Virus record (IMG/VR): IMGVR_UViG_3300021378_000017
Source: an uncultured virus (IMG/VR IMGVR_UViG_3300021378_000017)
Taxonomy: Duplodnaviria > Heunggongvirae > Uroviricota > Caudoviricetes
Length of the DNA: 20,000 bases
Direction: 5' to 3' (one strand)
The position numbers were made by a program, and so were the translations under genes. The notes beneath the pieces were generated by a model. The model had not been told where the DNA came from. It searched no databases and saw nothing but the letters and a program-made list of their open reading frames with translations. Of this stretch, positions 1 to 7,982 are shown piece by piece. Each line of letters starts with the position of its first letter. Positions within the stretch are counted from its first letter, which is position 1.

Positions 1-518
1 AATAGACCATTCATCTTACTAAAAATGTTAATGTCTAATAAATCTTCAATGACTGCTCTACGCGACCATGGTGGTAATTGCATAAAAGGAATAAACGAAC
101 TGCTACCTAGTACTACTACCTGGTGAAACGATTTATGATTAAGTTTAAGTATGTTTTGTTCTAAAAACTTTTGATAATCTCTGGCATTAGCTGCTTGGTT
201 GATTATTTTTCCATTTTGAAATATCTCAAACTTAGTAGGTTTAATAGTTCTTCTGACTTTAAAATCAACTCCACCAATTTCAAATTCAACTTCTACTTCA
301 GTACCCTTTTTATTAATAGAATTAACCAATTGGTCTTTCTTAATATCTCTATGTGCCTTACCAAATAGAGAATATGATAACGCATCTAGTAATGTAGATT
401 TACCTGCTCCATTTGATCCTACTATAAGAGTAGATGGTGTTTTATCTAGTTGTATTTTTGTAAATTCGTTTCCAGTAGACAAAAAGTTCTTCCACTTTAC
501 ATACTTAAAATTTATCAT
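1..518 (-). CDS. gp46: Recombination endonuclease subunit gp46 (SbcC/Rad50-like ATPase), 5' part only; runs off the left edge
   Basis: Not in the ORF track. Manual translation from ATG at 518 gives MINFKYVKWKNFLSTGN... followed by Walker A GSNGAGKST. The start overlaps the gp47 stop (ATGA), and the 47-46 order is canonical. Confidence 0.95.
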   Translation of the reverse strand, partial: MINFKYVKWKNFLSTGNEFTKIQLDKTPSTLIVGSNGAGKSTLLDALSYSLFGKAHRDIKKDQLVNSINKKGTEVEVEFEIGGVDFKVRRTIKPTKFEIFQNGKIINQAANARDYQKFLEQNILKLNHKSFHQVVVLGSSSFIPFMQLPPWSRRAVIEDLLDINIFSKMNGL

Positions 519-1576
519 ACGACCTCTAGGTTCTGAGCTTCAGTATAAAGCTTTCTCAATTCAATTTTTAAATGATCTTTATCTAATTCTGTATCGACAG
601 CTTCAACATATGAATCTAGTAAAACAGTAGTATCTTCAAGGGAAACTTTATCGTCCTCAACGCTATCTCCTAAGAATTCTTCAAAGTTTTCTGCTATTTT
701 TAATTCGTATGTTTCAGTAGATTGCAATCTATCGATAAATTTATCAAACATGTATAGATTGTTTTTATTTAATACTATAATCTTAACAAATTTTTCTTTA
801 AACTGTTCCATATCAATATCAGAATAATCATGTTTTTCATCGTCATAAACAAACTTTTTAAACATTGTAATAGGATTACGCACTGGTGTAATCTCTCGTG
901 TTTCTGTATCTAATATGTGGAAATATTTTGGATCATCAACATCTGCCCAAGTAAACTCAAATTGTGAACCAAGATAATGGATTGGTCCTCTCGATGATTT
1001 CGTATGGAAATGTCCTGACAACACTAACTCAAATCTTTGGAATATATCAGATTCCATACCGTGAGGATTTGATATACCTGCCATCATATCAAAACCTTTT
1101 AACTCAAGATGTGCTCCTACGATAGAAGCTTTACAGTTTTTAAGGAATTTTGTATATTCAGCATAATTAGAATTGTTAATCCATGGAATTGCAGCAACAC
1201 CGCAACCAGCATAATCTAATACTTTAGGTTTCATAATGATATTGACATTAGATGTAAAATAACCTAGCAATTCTTTTAGAGAACAAAGCTCATTAGTATT
1301 TTTAAAATATACATCATGATTACCAGGTATAATATCCATAGTAATACCAGCATCTCGCATTGGTTCTAAGAAGTCTCTACGGTTTTGGTTAAGAGCTTTA
1401 AAGTTAACGAATTTACGGTGTTCGTAGTAATCGCCTAGGTGAAGTATTTGTTTAATATCATGTTCTTTTAAGTAAGGAAAGAATACTTCCTCGTAAAATC
1501 TTCTTTGATAGTTTAAAAATATATCTGATGAATTTCTTACACCACAATGTGTATCGTTTAAAATAGCTACTTTCAT
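515..1576 (-). CDS. gp47: Recombination endonuclease subunit gp47 (Mre11/SbcD-like metallophosphoesterase)
   Basis: Phosphoesterase motifs DTH, GDYY, GNHD, GAH and GHFH; lies between gp55 and gp46. Confidence 0.96.
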   Translation of the reverse strand: MKVAILNDTHCGVRNSSDIFLNYQRRFYEEVFFPYLKEHDIKQILHLGDYYEHRKFVNFKALNQNRRDFLEPMRDAGITMDIIPGNHDVYFKNTNELCSLKELLGYFTSNVNIIMKPKVLDYAGCGVAAIPWINNSNYAEYTKFLKNCKASIVGAHLELKGFDMMAGISNPHGMESDIFQRFELVLSGHFHTKSSRGPIHYLGSQFEFTWADVDDPKYFHILDTETREITPVRNPITMFKKFVYDDEKHDYSDIDMEQFKEKFVKIIVLNKNNLYMFDKFIDRLQSTETYELKIAENFEEFLGDSVEDDKVSLEDTTVLLDSYVEAVDTELDKDHLKIELRKLYTEAQNLEVV

Positions 1577-1577
1577 A

Positions 1578-2144
1578 TTATACCATAAATAATTCTAGTT
1601 TTTCTAAATCTTTTTCTGCCTTAGCAAACTTCTTAATCTTTTCGTCAGAAGTTTTAACCTTAGCAATTCGTTGTCTTAGTGTATCGACATACTCCATGGT
1701 TTGTTGTGCACCTGCATCATCCATTCCCATTTGAGCAAAATCTTCGATACCCATTCTTTCAATAAACCTAAATTTAATATCCTGTTGCTTTTTCTCTTTT
1801 GTAATTCTACGAATAAACGCAAAGTAACAAATTTGAGTAAAGTAAGAAAACGCATTTGGCTTTCCAGTTCTTGTTGCTGTTTCAATATTGTAATTAGAAA
1901 TAGCCTTTAAACAATTTTCTACTGCATCCATAACCATTTCTTCTCTGTATGTGTATCTTACAAAGTTTGGTCTGTGGGATAAACCTTCTGATATTTTTAA
2001 GAAGCAAGAGGCAATATAGTTAGTAACCTTAGGGGTTTCTTTACCTTCTTCTTCCAACTTATTTTTATTAGTAACATACTCAACTACAGCGAGTGAAAAT
2101 TCTTTGTTATTAATATAGTGTGGCTTTTGCTTTGGATCTGCCAT
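1578..2144 (-). CDS. gp55: Late-transcription sigma factor gp55
   Basis: Characteristic segments HYINNKEF, LSHRPNFVRYTYREEMVMDAVENCL and NAFSYFTQICYFAFIRRI; GGAG SD upstream; synteny. Confidence 0.96.
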   Translation of the reverse strand: MADPKQKPHYINNKEFSLAVVEYVTNKNKLEEEGKETPKVTNYIASCFLKISEGLSHRPNFVRYTYREEMVMDAVENCLKAISNYNIETATRTGKPNAFSYFTQICYFAFIRRITKEKKQQDIKFRFIERMGIEDFAQMGMDDAGAQQTMEYVDTLRQRIAKVKTSDEKIKKFAKAEKDLEKLELFMV

Positions 2145-2179
2145 AGTTAAATCTCCATTATTAATGTTGTATAGGTACT

Positions 2180-2208
2180 ATTATACCATAAATTCACTCA
2201 TTTGTACA
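2180..2208 (-). promoter_or_regulatory. Host-sigma70-type (early/middle) promoter for gp55-47-46
   Basis: Minus strand reads TGTACA (2208-2203), 17 nt, TATAAT (2185-2180), with an extended -10 (TGgTATAAT); the -10 ends about 35 nt upstream of the gp55 ATG. Confidence 0.8.
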
Positions 2209-2397
2209 TAGTTTTGTGAATGTTGTTTGCATGAATCCCTCATCTGTTTTATTAACGCTAACGCGTAGGGTGTCCCCATCATTAAAGTTAAAAAACTTTT
2301 GAACATTAAGCTCTTTATCAAGTACTAATGCTTTATCTTTTCGATGTATTCTGTATTCACAAAACATCATCTCATTTTGATCAGGTTTATATATCAT
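2194..2397 (-). CDS. Small hypothetical protein (67 aa), possibly AbrB/SpoVT/MazE-like DNA-binding fold
   Basis: Fills the gap between the Sm-like ORF and gp55 on the coding strand, with an AAGGG SD-like sequence upstream. The pattern ALVLDKEL...FNFNDGDTLRVSV resembles AbrB-type swapped-hairpin proteins (by eye only). Confidence 0.6.
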   Translation of the reverse strand: MIYKPDQNEMMFCEYRIHRKDKALVLDKELNVQKFFNFNDGDTLRVSVNKTDEGFMQTTFTKLCTNE

Positions 2398-2425
2398 TTT
2401 AATTGCCCTTTATTGCAGAAAGTCC

Positions 2426-2454
2426 TGTACAAATTACAGAAAACGTGGTATAAT
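2426..2454 (+). promoter_or_regulatory. Antisense-oriented sigma70-type promoter
   Basis: Plus strand reads TGTACA (2426-2431), 17 nt, TATAAT (2449-2454), with an extended -10 (gTGgTATAAT). Same architecture as the gp55 promoter but opposite to all genes. Confidence 0.72.
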
Positions 2455-2487
2455 AATAGAGTGGTTCCGAGGGAGGGTAATATAAAG

Positions 2488-2886
2488 CTAATGTATTGTT
2501 CGTTCCTTTGTATCATCATCAACTGATGGTTCCTCCATATCACTAGTAGGATCGATGTCTCTTAACATTCTGACATATTCCTCTAGACCTTCAGAGTCCG
2601 AATCGCCGACAGGCGTCTCTAAAGTTCTTTTCTGTGAAGCTATACTGATGTAAGCCTCTCTTATTTCAGCACTTATTTCGGCTGAATGAATAATTCTTGA
2701 TCGTAGTATTTTAAATAGGGTTTGGTCTGAAAATTGGAACCAAGGAGTTAATTGGTATTGACCAACTAAGTTCTGAATAAGTTTAAACGGTCTCTCGACA
2801 ATATAATTTTCACCATCAACCTTGTTGACCAAAGCAATAACGTCTTCGCCACTGTATAATTTAAATTGTCTTACCGATATGTCCAT
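2488..2886 (-). CDS. Conserved T4-like phage protein, probable Sm-like fold
   Basis: The pattern FKLYSGEDVIALV...YIVERPFKL...LTPWFQFS plus an acidic tail ending TIH matches the small ORF typically found after uvsW in environmental T4-like phages. TAATG overlap with the uvsW stop. Confidence 0.7.
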   Translation of the reverse strand: MDISVRQFKLYSGEDVIALVNKVDGENYIVERPFKLIQNLVGQYQLTPWFQFSDQTLFKILRSRIIHSAEISAEIREAYISIASQKRTLETPVGDSDSEGLEEYVRMLRDIDPTSDMEEPSVDDDTKERTIH

Positions 2887-4397
2887 TAAATTTTTATCTC
2901 AAATATTTTATAATTAAACTTCTCTTTACTATATATGCTAATTCGTACACCTGCGTGCTCTAATGTGTAATTCTTCTTGTTCTTCCAATGTAGGTCATCT
3001 GCAATATCGTACACTTTAGTATTTATACCATCTGCACTCTTCCGCAACCCTCTTCCTATGCTTTGTAAAACCCTAATTTGAGACTTACTTGGTGAAGCAA
3101 ATACGATATTATGAAGACGCTTAATATTAATTCCAGTAGAAAAAGTACCCATGGAAGCAACAATAATTGCGTTATCTTGTTGCTCTGTGATTGATCTAAT
3201 CTTCTCCCTAGTATCGACATCGGTTTCTCCTGAGACATAAAATAATTTTCTTTCCTCGGAACGAGGTAGTTTACTTATCTTATCCTGTAAAAGCGAGTGC
3301 AATGGTTTACCATGCTTCTCTACAAATTGAAATAGTATAAGTGTGTTTCCATCTTGGTCTAAAGCTAAATTACTAATAAAGTTATTCCGTGGTTCGTACT
3401 TTACAATAAAATCTAACTCATCGTGGTATTTCATTTTCTTCACAAGCTTACAATACTCGTCAGCATACTTTAAGAGCAATACCTGAATCTCTAATTGTGC
3501 TAATGTATTTTTATCCATTAACTCTTTAGTTGTTGTAACTTTATGTACAGGCCCAAACAAACCTTCTAAAACTAACTGATGAGTTAATGTACCATCAAGA
3601 GTTCCTGTCGTACCTACTCTGTATTTAGCTTCCGTACATTTTTCTAATATTGACGTTAATGACTTAGCTTTAAATGAATGTGCCTCATCTCCTATAACCA
3701 TACCGTATTGTTCAAACCATTCATGGTGCATCTTATATATTGATTGCCATGTGGTAATAATGACCCTAGGTTTTATATTATATTTTTCCTTACCTGAGTA
3801 TATTCTATGGCAGTTATCTTCTACGTTCCAATCCTCAAGTTGAGAATAGTCATTAAAGTCAGAATACATCTGTTCAACAAGTGACGTCGTTGGTACTACT
3901 AAAAGGACTTTGTTATCATACGTCTCTAAGTAATATCTAACAGCTAAATATATAATCAAACTCTTTCCAGAAGCCGTTGGTGATAGTAGAAGGCTTTTAG
4001 TTTTAGAAAGCAAGAGCGAGAGTGCCGTAAGTTGATAGTCATGGGGGATAATACCCTTACCGTTCACGCTAGGCCGTAATTCACTCATAAACCCTTCAAT
4101 ATCAATAATTTGTTCAATATCAGGCCTTGAATAGTACTCATCTTCCTCTATCTTCAGGGTGTAGTCCCTAACTTCACAAAATTCATTGAGGTATTGGAAC
4201 AATCCACCATACAACGTCTTACGCCTAAGATCGTACAAGCGTATTTTACCGTCCCACATCCTATTTTTATACGCTGGCATGAATTTATACCCTGGAACGT
4301 AAAAACAGAAGTGTTCTGTTAACTCTTGCTCGATACCAGGATCAGTTAGTATCTGTATAAAGGTTTCGTTAAGTTTCTTAACTGTCACTATGTCCAT
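2886..4397 (-). CDS. uvsW: UvsW SF2 DNA/RNA-DNA helicase
   Basis: N-terminal WDGKIRL, Walker A SPTASGKS, DEAH box, TGT motif III, QSIGRGLR motif VI; directly follows uvsY. Confidence 0.96.
   Translation of the reverse strand: MDIVTVKKLNETFIQILTDPGIEQELTEHFCFYVPGYKFMPAYKNRMWDGKIRLYDLRRKTLYGGLFQYLNEFCEVRDYTLKIEEDEYYSRPDIEQIIDIEGFMSELRPSVNGKGIIPHDYQLTALSLLLSKTKSLLLSPTASGKSLIIYLAVRYYLETYDNKVLLVVPTTSLVEQMYSDFNDYSQLEDWNVEDNCHRIYSGKEKYNIKPRVIITTWQSIYKMHHEWFEQYGMVIGDEAHSFKAKSLTSILEKCTEAKYRVGTTGTLDGTLTHQLVLEGLFGPVHKVTTTKELMDKNTLAQLEIQVLLLKYADEYCKLVKKMKYHDELDFIVKYEPRNNFISNLALDQDGNTLILFQFVEKHGKPLHSLLQDKISKLPRSEERKLFYVSGETDVDTREKIRSITEQQDNAIIVASMGTFSTGINIKRLHNIVFASPSKSQIRVLQSIGRGLRKSADGINTKVYDIADDLHWKNKKNYTLEHAGVRISIYSKEKFNYKIFEIKI
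3020..3027 (-). promoter_or_regulatory. Candidate gp55-dependent late promoter embedded in the uvsW 3' end
   Basis: Perfect TATAAATA on the coding strand within codons G-I-N-T, about 135 nt upstream of the Sm-like ORF. Could be a chance match in AT-rich DNA. Confidence 0.5.
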
Positions 4398-4844
4398 TTA
4401 AATACCACTAGTAAACTTTCTCCACTCAATCATATTCTTAATAGTTTGATGTCTCCACTTAACATTATCTAAAATTTCCTTTAGTGTATCTGCAGTGGTT
4501 TTAAGATACTCAATGCGCGCCTGAGCTTTTTGAATATCAGGATCTGAATCGTAGTAATAATCCATATCACCCTTTAATACTTTTAACCCATTTAATGGAT
4601 CATAATCCCAGCCTCTATCGTCAATATCTTCTTTGGACATTTTTCCATTATAGTGCAACCATTTATCTTTAAGTAAGACCTTAAATTCCATTTCTCTTTT
4701 CTTAAGATCTAAACGATTATGTGTTACAAATTCGAGGTATTTTGCGTGGAGTTTTGCTGAGTCTTTAGAAGATTCGTCAAGTTGCATTTCATCAATGTTT
4801 GAGTCTTTCTTCCACATTTCTAATATTTTTTCAATATCTAACAT
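4398..4844 (-). CDS. uvsY: UvsY recombination mediator protein
   Basis: Segments MWKKDSNID...LHAKYL...KWLHYNGK...VLKGD...RHQTIKNMIEWRKF are typical of UvsY; lies between gp3 and uvsW. Confidence 0.93.
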   Translation of the reverse strand: MLDIEKILEMWKKDSNIDEMQLDESSKDSAKLHAKYLEFVTHNRLDLKKREMEFKVLLKDKWLHYNGKMSKEDIDDRGWDYDPLNGLKVLKGDMDYYYDSDPDIQKAQARIEYLKTTADTLKEILDNVKWRHQTIKNMIEWRKFTSGI

Positions 4845-4881
4845 AATTAATTTCCTATACTACTATATATGATAGTAGTTA

Positions 4882-5346
4882 TTATATAAATTCAAACGAG
4901 GTATATTTAAAAGTTACGTCTGCTTGTAAGTATTCAATTTCAGTAGCACCTGTTGTAAATTCAACACCACTTAAACTAATAGGAAAAACATCTGAGAACC
5001 TAATAGTTTTACTTACGTTATTGTGTGAGGTTAATATACTTAAAATGGCATCAGATTTAAATTGCTCTCCAACATTAACTATATTATGAATCCAATCAAA
5101 AGTTTCCTTATAGTTATCCATATCTTCAGTAATATTAAACTTAACAGTTAAATCATCGAATGTAATTCTGTCTCCAGTAAACCCTACATTAGCTCCTCTG
5201 AAAGGCATTGGTGCTTCAGCAATACTAATTGATGGTAAAGATACTGCAGTACAAAAGTATTCTAAATTAGGGTACAATTGATTGTCAATAGTAAATTTAA
5301 ATCCAACAGGACTTAAATAGTTTTTATTTGAAGTTAGTGTAGCCAT
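4882..5346 (-). CDS. gp3: Tail completion / tail tube terminator protein gp3
   Basis: Segments NKNYLSPVGFKF...YFCTAVSLP...GDRITFDDL...FPISLSGVEF (tube-like fold); position immediately after gp23. Confidence 0.88.
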   Translation of the reverse strand: MATLTSNKNYLSPVGFKFTIDNQLYPNLEYFCTAVSLPSISIAEAPMPFRGANVGFTGDRITFDDLTVKFNITEDMDNYKETFDWIHNIVNVGEQFKSDAILSILTSHNNVSKTIRFSDVFPISLSGVEFTTGATEIEYLQADVTFKYTSFEFI

Positions 5347-5364
5347 ATAATAATCTCCTAATAC

Positions 5365-5372
5365 TATTTATA
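5365..5372 (-). promoter_or_regulatory. T4-type late promoter for gp3-uvsY-uvsW
   Basis: Intergenic TATAAATA, followed by an AGGAG SD and the gp3 ATG. Confidence 0.88.
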
Positions 5373-5396
5373 AGTCTTTTAGCATAGAACTCAGAC

Positions 5397-5424
5397 AAAA
5401 AAAGAGGGATCCTAAGACCCCTCT
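5397..5424 (-). terminator. Rho-independent terminator after gp23
   Basis: Minus strand AGAGGGGTC-TTAG-GATCCCTCT followed by a T run: 9-bp stem with one G-U pair and a tetraloop. Confidence 0.9.
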
Positions 5425-5454
5425 CCATCAGAATTAGAATTAACTAATTACGGT

Positions 5455-6792
5455 TTACACCATAATTCCGTCTACTCTAAAGATTCTGAAATATGGGTTG
5501 ACACGGTTAGTACCCGCACCTGTAGCTGTTCCCACGAATGGGTTCTGCTGCATTCCATATCTAGTTTTGAATCCAATTCTTGGCTGGAAGTCATTCTCGC
5601 CAATCGCTTTAACCATAGTTAAAGGAACGTATGGGCAATAGAAGATACCTGCGTCGTATGGATTTGAACCTCTGTAACCTACACAAGCAAAGTCGCCAGT
5701 AGCATAAGGATCGATATATACTTTCAATCTACCGTTAAGAACACCAGCAAAAGTATTACCAGTATCGTCAACGTTTAAGTCAGTTGAAAGAGCAGGAGTG
5801 TAGTCTAAAAGACCAGCTGCTGCTAGTGCTGAAGCAACATCAGAAGAACAAAGTACAAAATTACCTTTTCCTCTTCTTGTTTCTTTAGCGATTACGTTAG
5901 CTTCTCTTTCGAGTTGCATGATGAGACCTTTGAATCTCTCAACCATCCATCTTCCGTCAGAATCAGTATTAACGTTAAATACACCTTTAAGTGCAACACT
6001 TGCTTGAAGTGCACCGATTTTAGCTTTAGTAAGAATAGTTCTAACCATCTCTCTGTTGATTTCCGCAAGGATTTCAGAAGAAAGAATATTAGCCAATTCG
6101 CCTTCAGCGTCTAGACCGTGGATTGCTTTAAGATCTTGAGCAAGTTCCATAGTGTATTCAGCTTTAAGAGCTCTTGAGTTAGCTAGTACTTGAGCTTTTT
6201 CGATTGAGAAAGCCATTTCGCCAAACTGGTTAGCACTTGAAATAGCTGAACCTGGTACGTGTGTACCTTTAGCTTCAGCATTCGCTGTAGTGATACCAGA
6301 ACCGAAAGTAGATACAGTATCAGCTTCGTCAGCGATAGAAGTACCTGCGTCTCCAGAATCAGCTACACCAACCAATCCAGTAGGATCAGCTTGATGTGTA
6401 CCAGTTCCTGAGAAATCAGTATCTGCTTCATCAAATAAAGCTTCAGTACCACCTTGAGTGCTGTACTTAGACTTCATTGCAAAGATTAGACCAGTAGGTC
6501 CGTTCATTGGTTGTACGCCTGCGATATCGTATGCGATAAGGTTAGGCATTGCACGTCTTACAAGAGAGATCAATACTGGATCAAAGTTACTAATGTTAGA
6601 ACCAGTAGCGTTAGCTGCTGTTTCATTAATTTGAAAATCAGAATGTGCTCTGCTTTCTTGTAGTGCGAGTTCTTGGTTTTCCAAGAGTCTAGCAGTAACA
6701 GCTCTCTTGTGCTTGTCACCGATGCTTGGAGCATCTTCGTGATCAAGGACAGGAGTCCATTTCTCTACTAGATTTTTATCTGCGTTAAACAT
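5455..6792 (-). CDS. gp23: Major capsid protein gp23
   Basis: Segments DPVLISLVRRAMPNLIAYDIAGVQPMNGPTGLIFAM, SRALKAEYTMELAQDLKAIHGLDAE and FQPRIGFKTRYG. Probable gp21 cleavage at QINE/TAA (I-x-E). Confidence 0.99.
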   Translation of the reverse strand: MFNADKNLVEKWTPVLDHEDAPSIGDKHKRAVTARLLENQELALQESRAHSDFQINETAANATGSNISNFDPVLISLVRRAMPNLIAYDIAGVQPMNGPTGLIFAMKSKYSTQGGTEALFDEADTDFSGTGTHQADPTGLVGVADSGDAGTSIADEADTVSTFGSGITTANAEAKGTHVPGSAISSANQFGEMAFSIEKAQVLANSRALKAEYTMELAQDLKAIHGLDAEGELANILSSEILAEINREMVRTILTKAKIGALQASVALKGVFNVNTDSDGRWMVERFKGLIMQLEREANVIAKETRRGKGNFVLCSSDVASALAAAGLLDYTPALSTDLNVDDTGNTFAGVLNGRLKVYIDPYATGDFACVGYRGSNPYDAGIFYCPYVPLTMVKAIGENDFQPRIGFKTRYGMQQNPFVGTATGAGTNRVNPYFRIFRVDGIMV

Positions 6793-6818
6793 TTTTTATT
6801 TCCCCTTAGGTTTATGTT

Positions 6819-7961
6819 TTATTTAATAGATTTAGTTATAGCTTGAGTGTAAGCAGCCATTGAATTAGAGATAGACTGAACTTCGTCAGCTTCTTCATTT
6901 CCAATTGCAGCATTTACTTCGTCAACTGATTCATTAACATCTTGCTTGAAGTATGACTCTTTAACAACTGATACTTTCATTTCGAAAGATTCAGCGTTAT
7001 CGAATTCAATGTCTTCTACCAATGATGATAACTTCTCAGCTTCGGTTTCAGCCAAGCCTGAAGAATGTCTTCTTACGATTTCAGCTCTTTCTAAAGATTG
7101 AGTTGACTCGTATAAACGAATATTTTCTTCTGTGGTTTTATTGAGTGATTCCTCTAGCTCAGCAACCTGTGATGATAACTCATCTACTAGATCAACTTTA
7201 CCTTCTGGAACTTCAATGTAATGTTCCTTGAATACTACCTGAAGTGCACTCATAAAGTCTTCAGCGATTTCAGACCTTAGTCCAGTCTCTACTGCTACTT
7301 CATTTTCTTTCATCCAGTTTTCAACAACATAGTTAAGGTATGAATCTACCTTTTCTACGAGTGAGCTCTGAATATCAGCGACTTCTTCTTCAAGATTTTG
7401 CGCGTATTCGCCTTCTAGCCTATCAATCTCAGCACCTACTTTACTTGCGTAAGCAGCTTCAAAAATTGCACCAGCTTTAACACGGAATCCATCTGACAAT
7501 GTAGCTTCTTCAGCTACTAAGATATCCAAATCTTCAGAATAATCAGCAGCCTCTAGCTTAGCTTTAGGTGCTTTCTTATCTTTAGCAACAGCATCAATTG
7601 TTTTATCAACTGATCCATCGTCTTCTGATTCTTCTACTTTTGTCAATTTAGCATATAGCTTTTGCGCGTCTTCTTTTTTGGCCTTTTTAAACATTTCCAA
7701 TGCAGCGTTAATAACACCAGCTTTAGTTTTAGGGACTACAGGTGCAGACTCTTCGACTTTTTCTTCGTCTTTTTTGTCTTCATCTTCGTCTTCTTCAACT
7801 TTTGCTTCGGCTACTACTTCTTCATCTAAAGCTTCTTCCTCGTTTCCAACTTCGTTTTCAACGAGCTCTTCTTCAGAATCTAGCTCAGCATCTTCAGAGA
7901 TGTCTAACACAGCCTCTTCCTCTGCAACAGCAGTGGATTTAATTGCGTCTTCTAATGACAT
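6819..7961 (-). CDS. gp22: Prohead core scaffold protein gp22
   Basis: Very acidic coiled-coil protein with KAGAIFEAA, LVEKVDSYLNYVVENWMKEN and FKEHYIEVPE; lies between gp21 and gp23. Confidence 0.94.
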   Translation of the reverse strand: MSLEDAIKSTAVAEEEAVLDISEDAELDSEEELVENEVGNEEEALDEEVVAEAKVEEDEDEDKKDEEKVEESAPVVPKTKAGVINAALEMFKKAKKEDAQKLYAKLTKVEESEDDGSVDKTIDAVAKDKKAPKAKLEAADYSEDLDILVAEEATLSDGFRVKAGAIFEAAYASKVGAEIDRLEGEYAQNLEEEVADIQSSLVEKVDSYLNYVVENWMKENEVAVETGLRSEIAEDFMSALQVVFKEHYIEVPEGKVDLVDELSSQVAELEESLNKTTEENIRLYESTQSLERAEIVRRHSSGLAETEAEKLSSLVEDIEFDNAESFEMKVSVVKESYFKQDVNESVDEVNAAIGNEEADEVQSISNSMAAYTQAITKSIK

Positions 7962-7982
7962 TTTATATTCTCCTATTAAGAA

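Noticed and set aside
1577..1585. TGGTATAAT extended -10 at the gp55 3' end
   Set aside because: No TGTACA-like -35 at 17 nt, and transcription would start inside gp47 after its ATG. It is explained by the codons ATG GTA TAA.
2344..2526. Plus-strand 60-aa ORF, or its short tail MYCSFLCIIIN, as the product of the antisense promoter
   Set aside because: The long version starts upstream of the promoter. The short version's ATG is about 13 nt from the GGAGGG, too far for a typical SD, and it overlaps the Sm-like gene end.
6820..6827. ATTAAATA just before gp23 as a dedicated late promoter
   Set aside because: Two mismatches to TATAAATA in AT-rich sequence; cannot be supported without TSS data.
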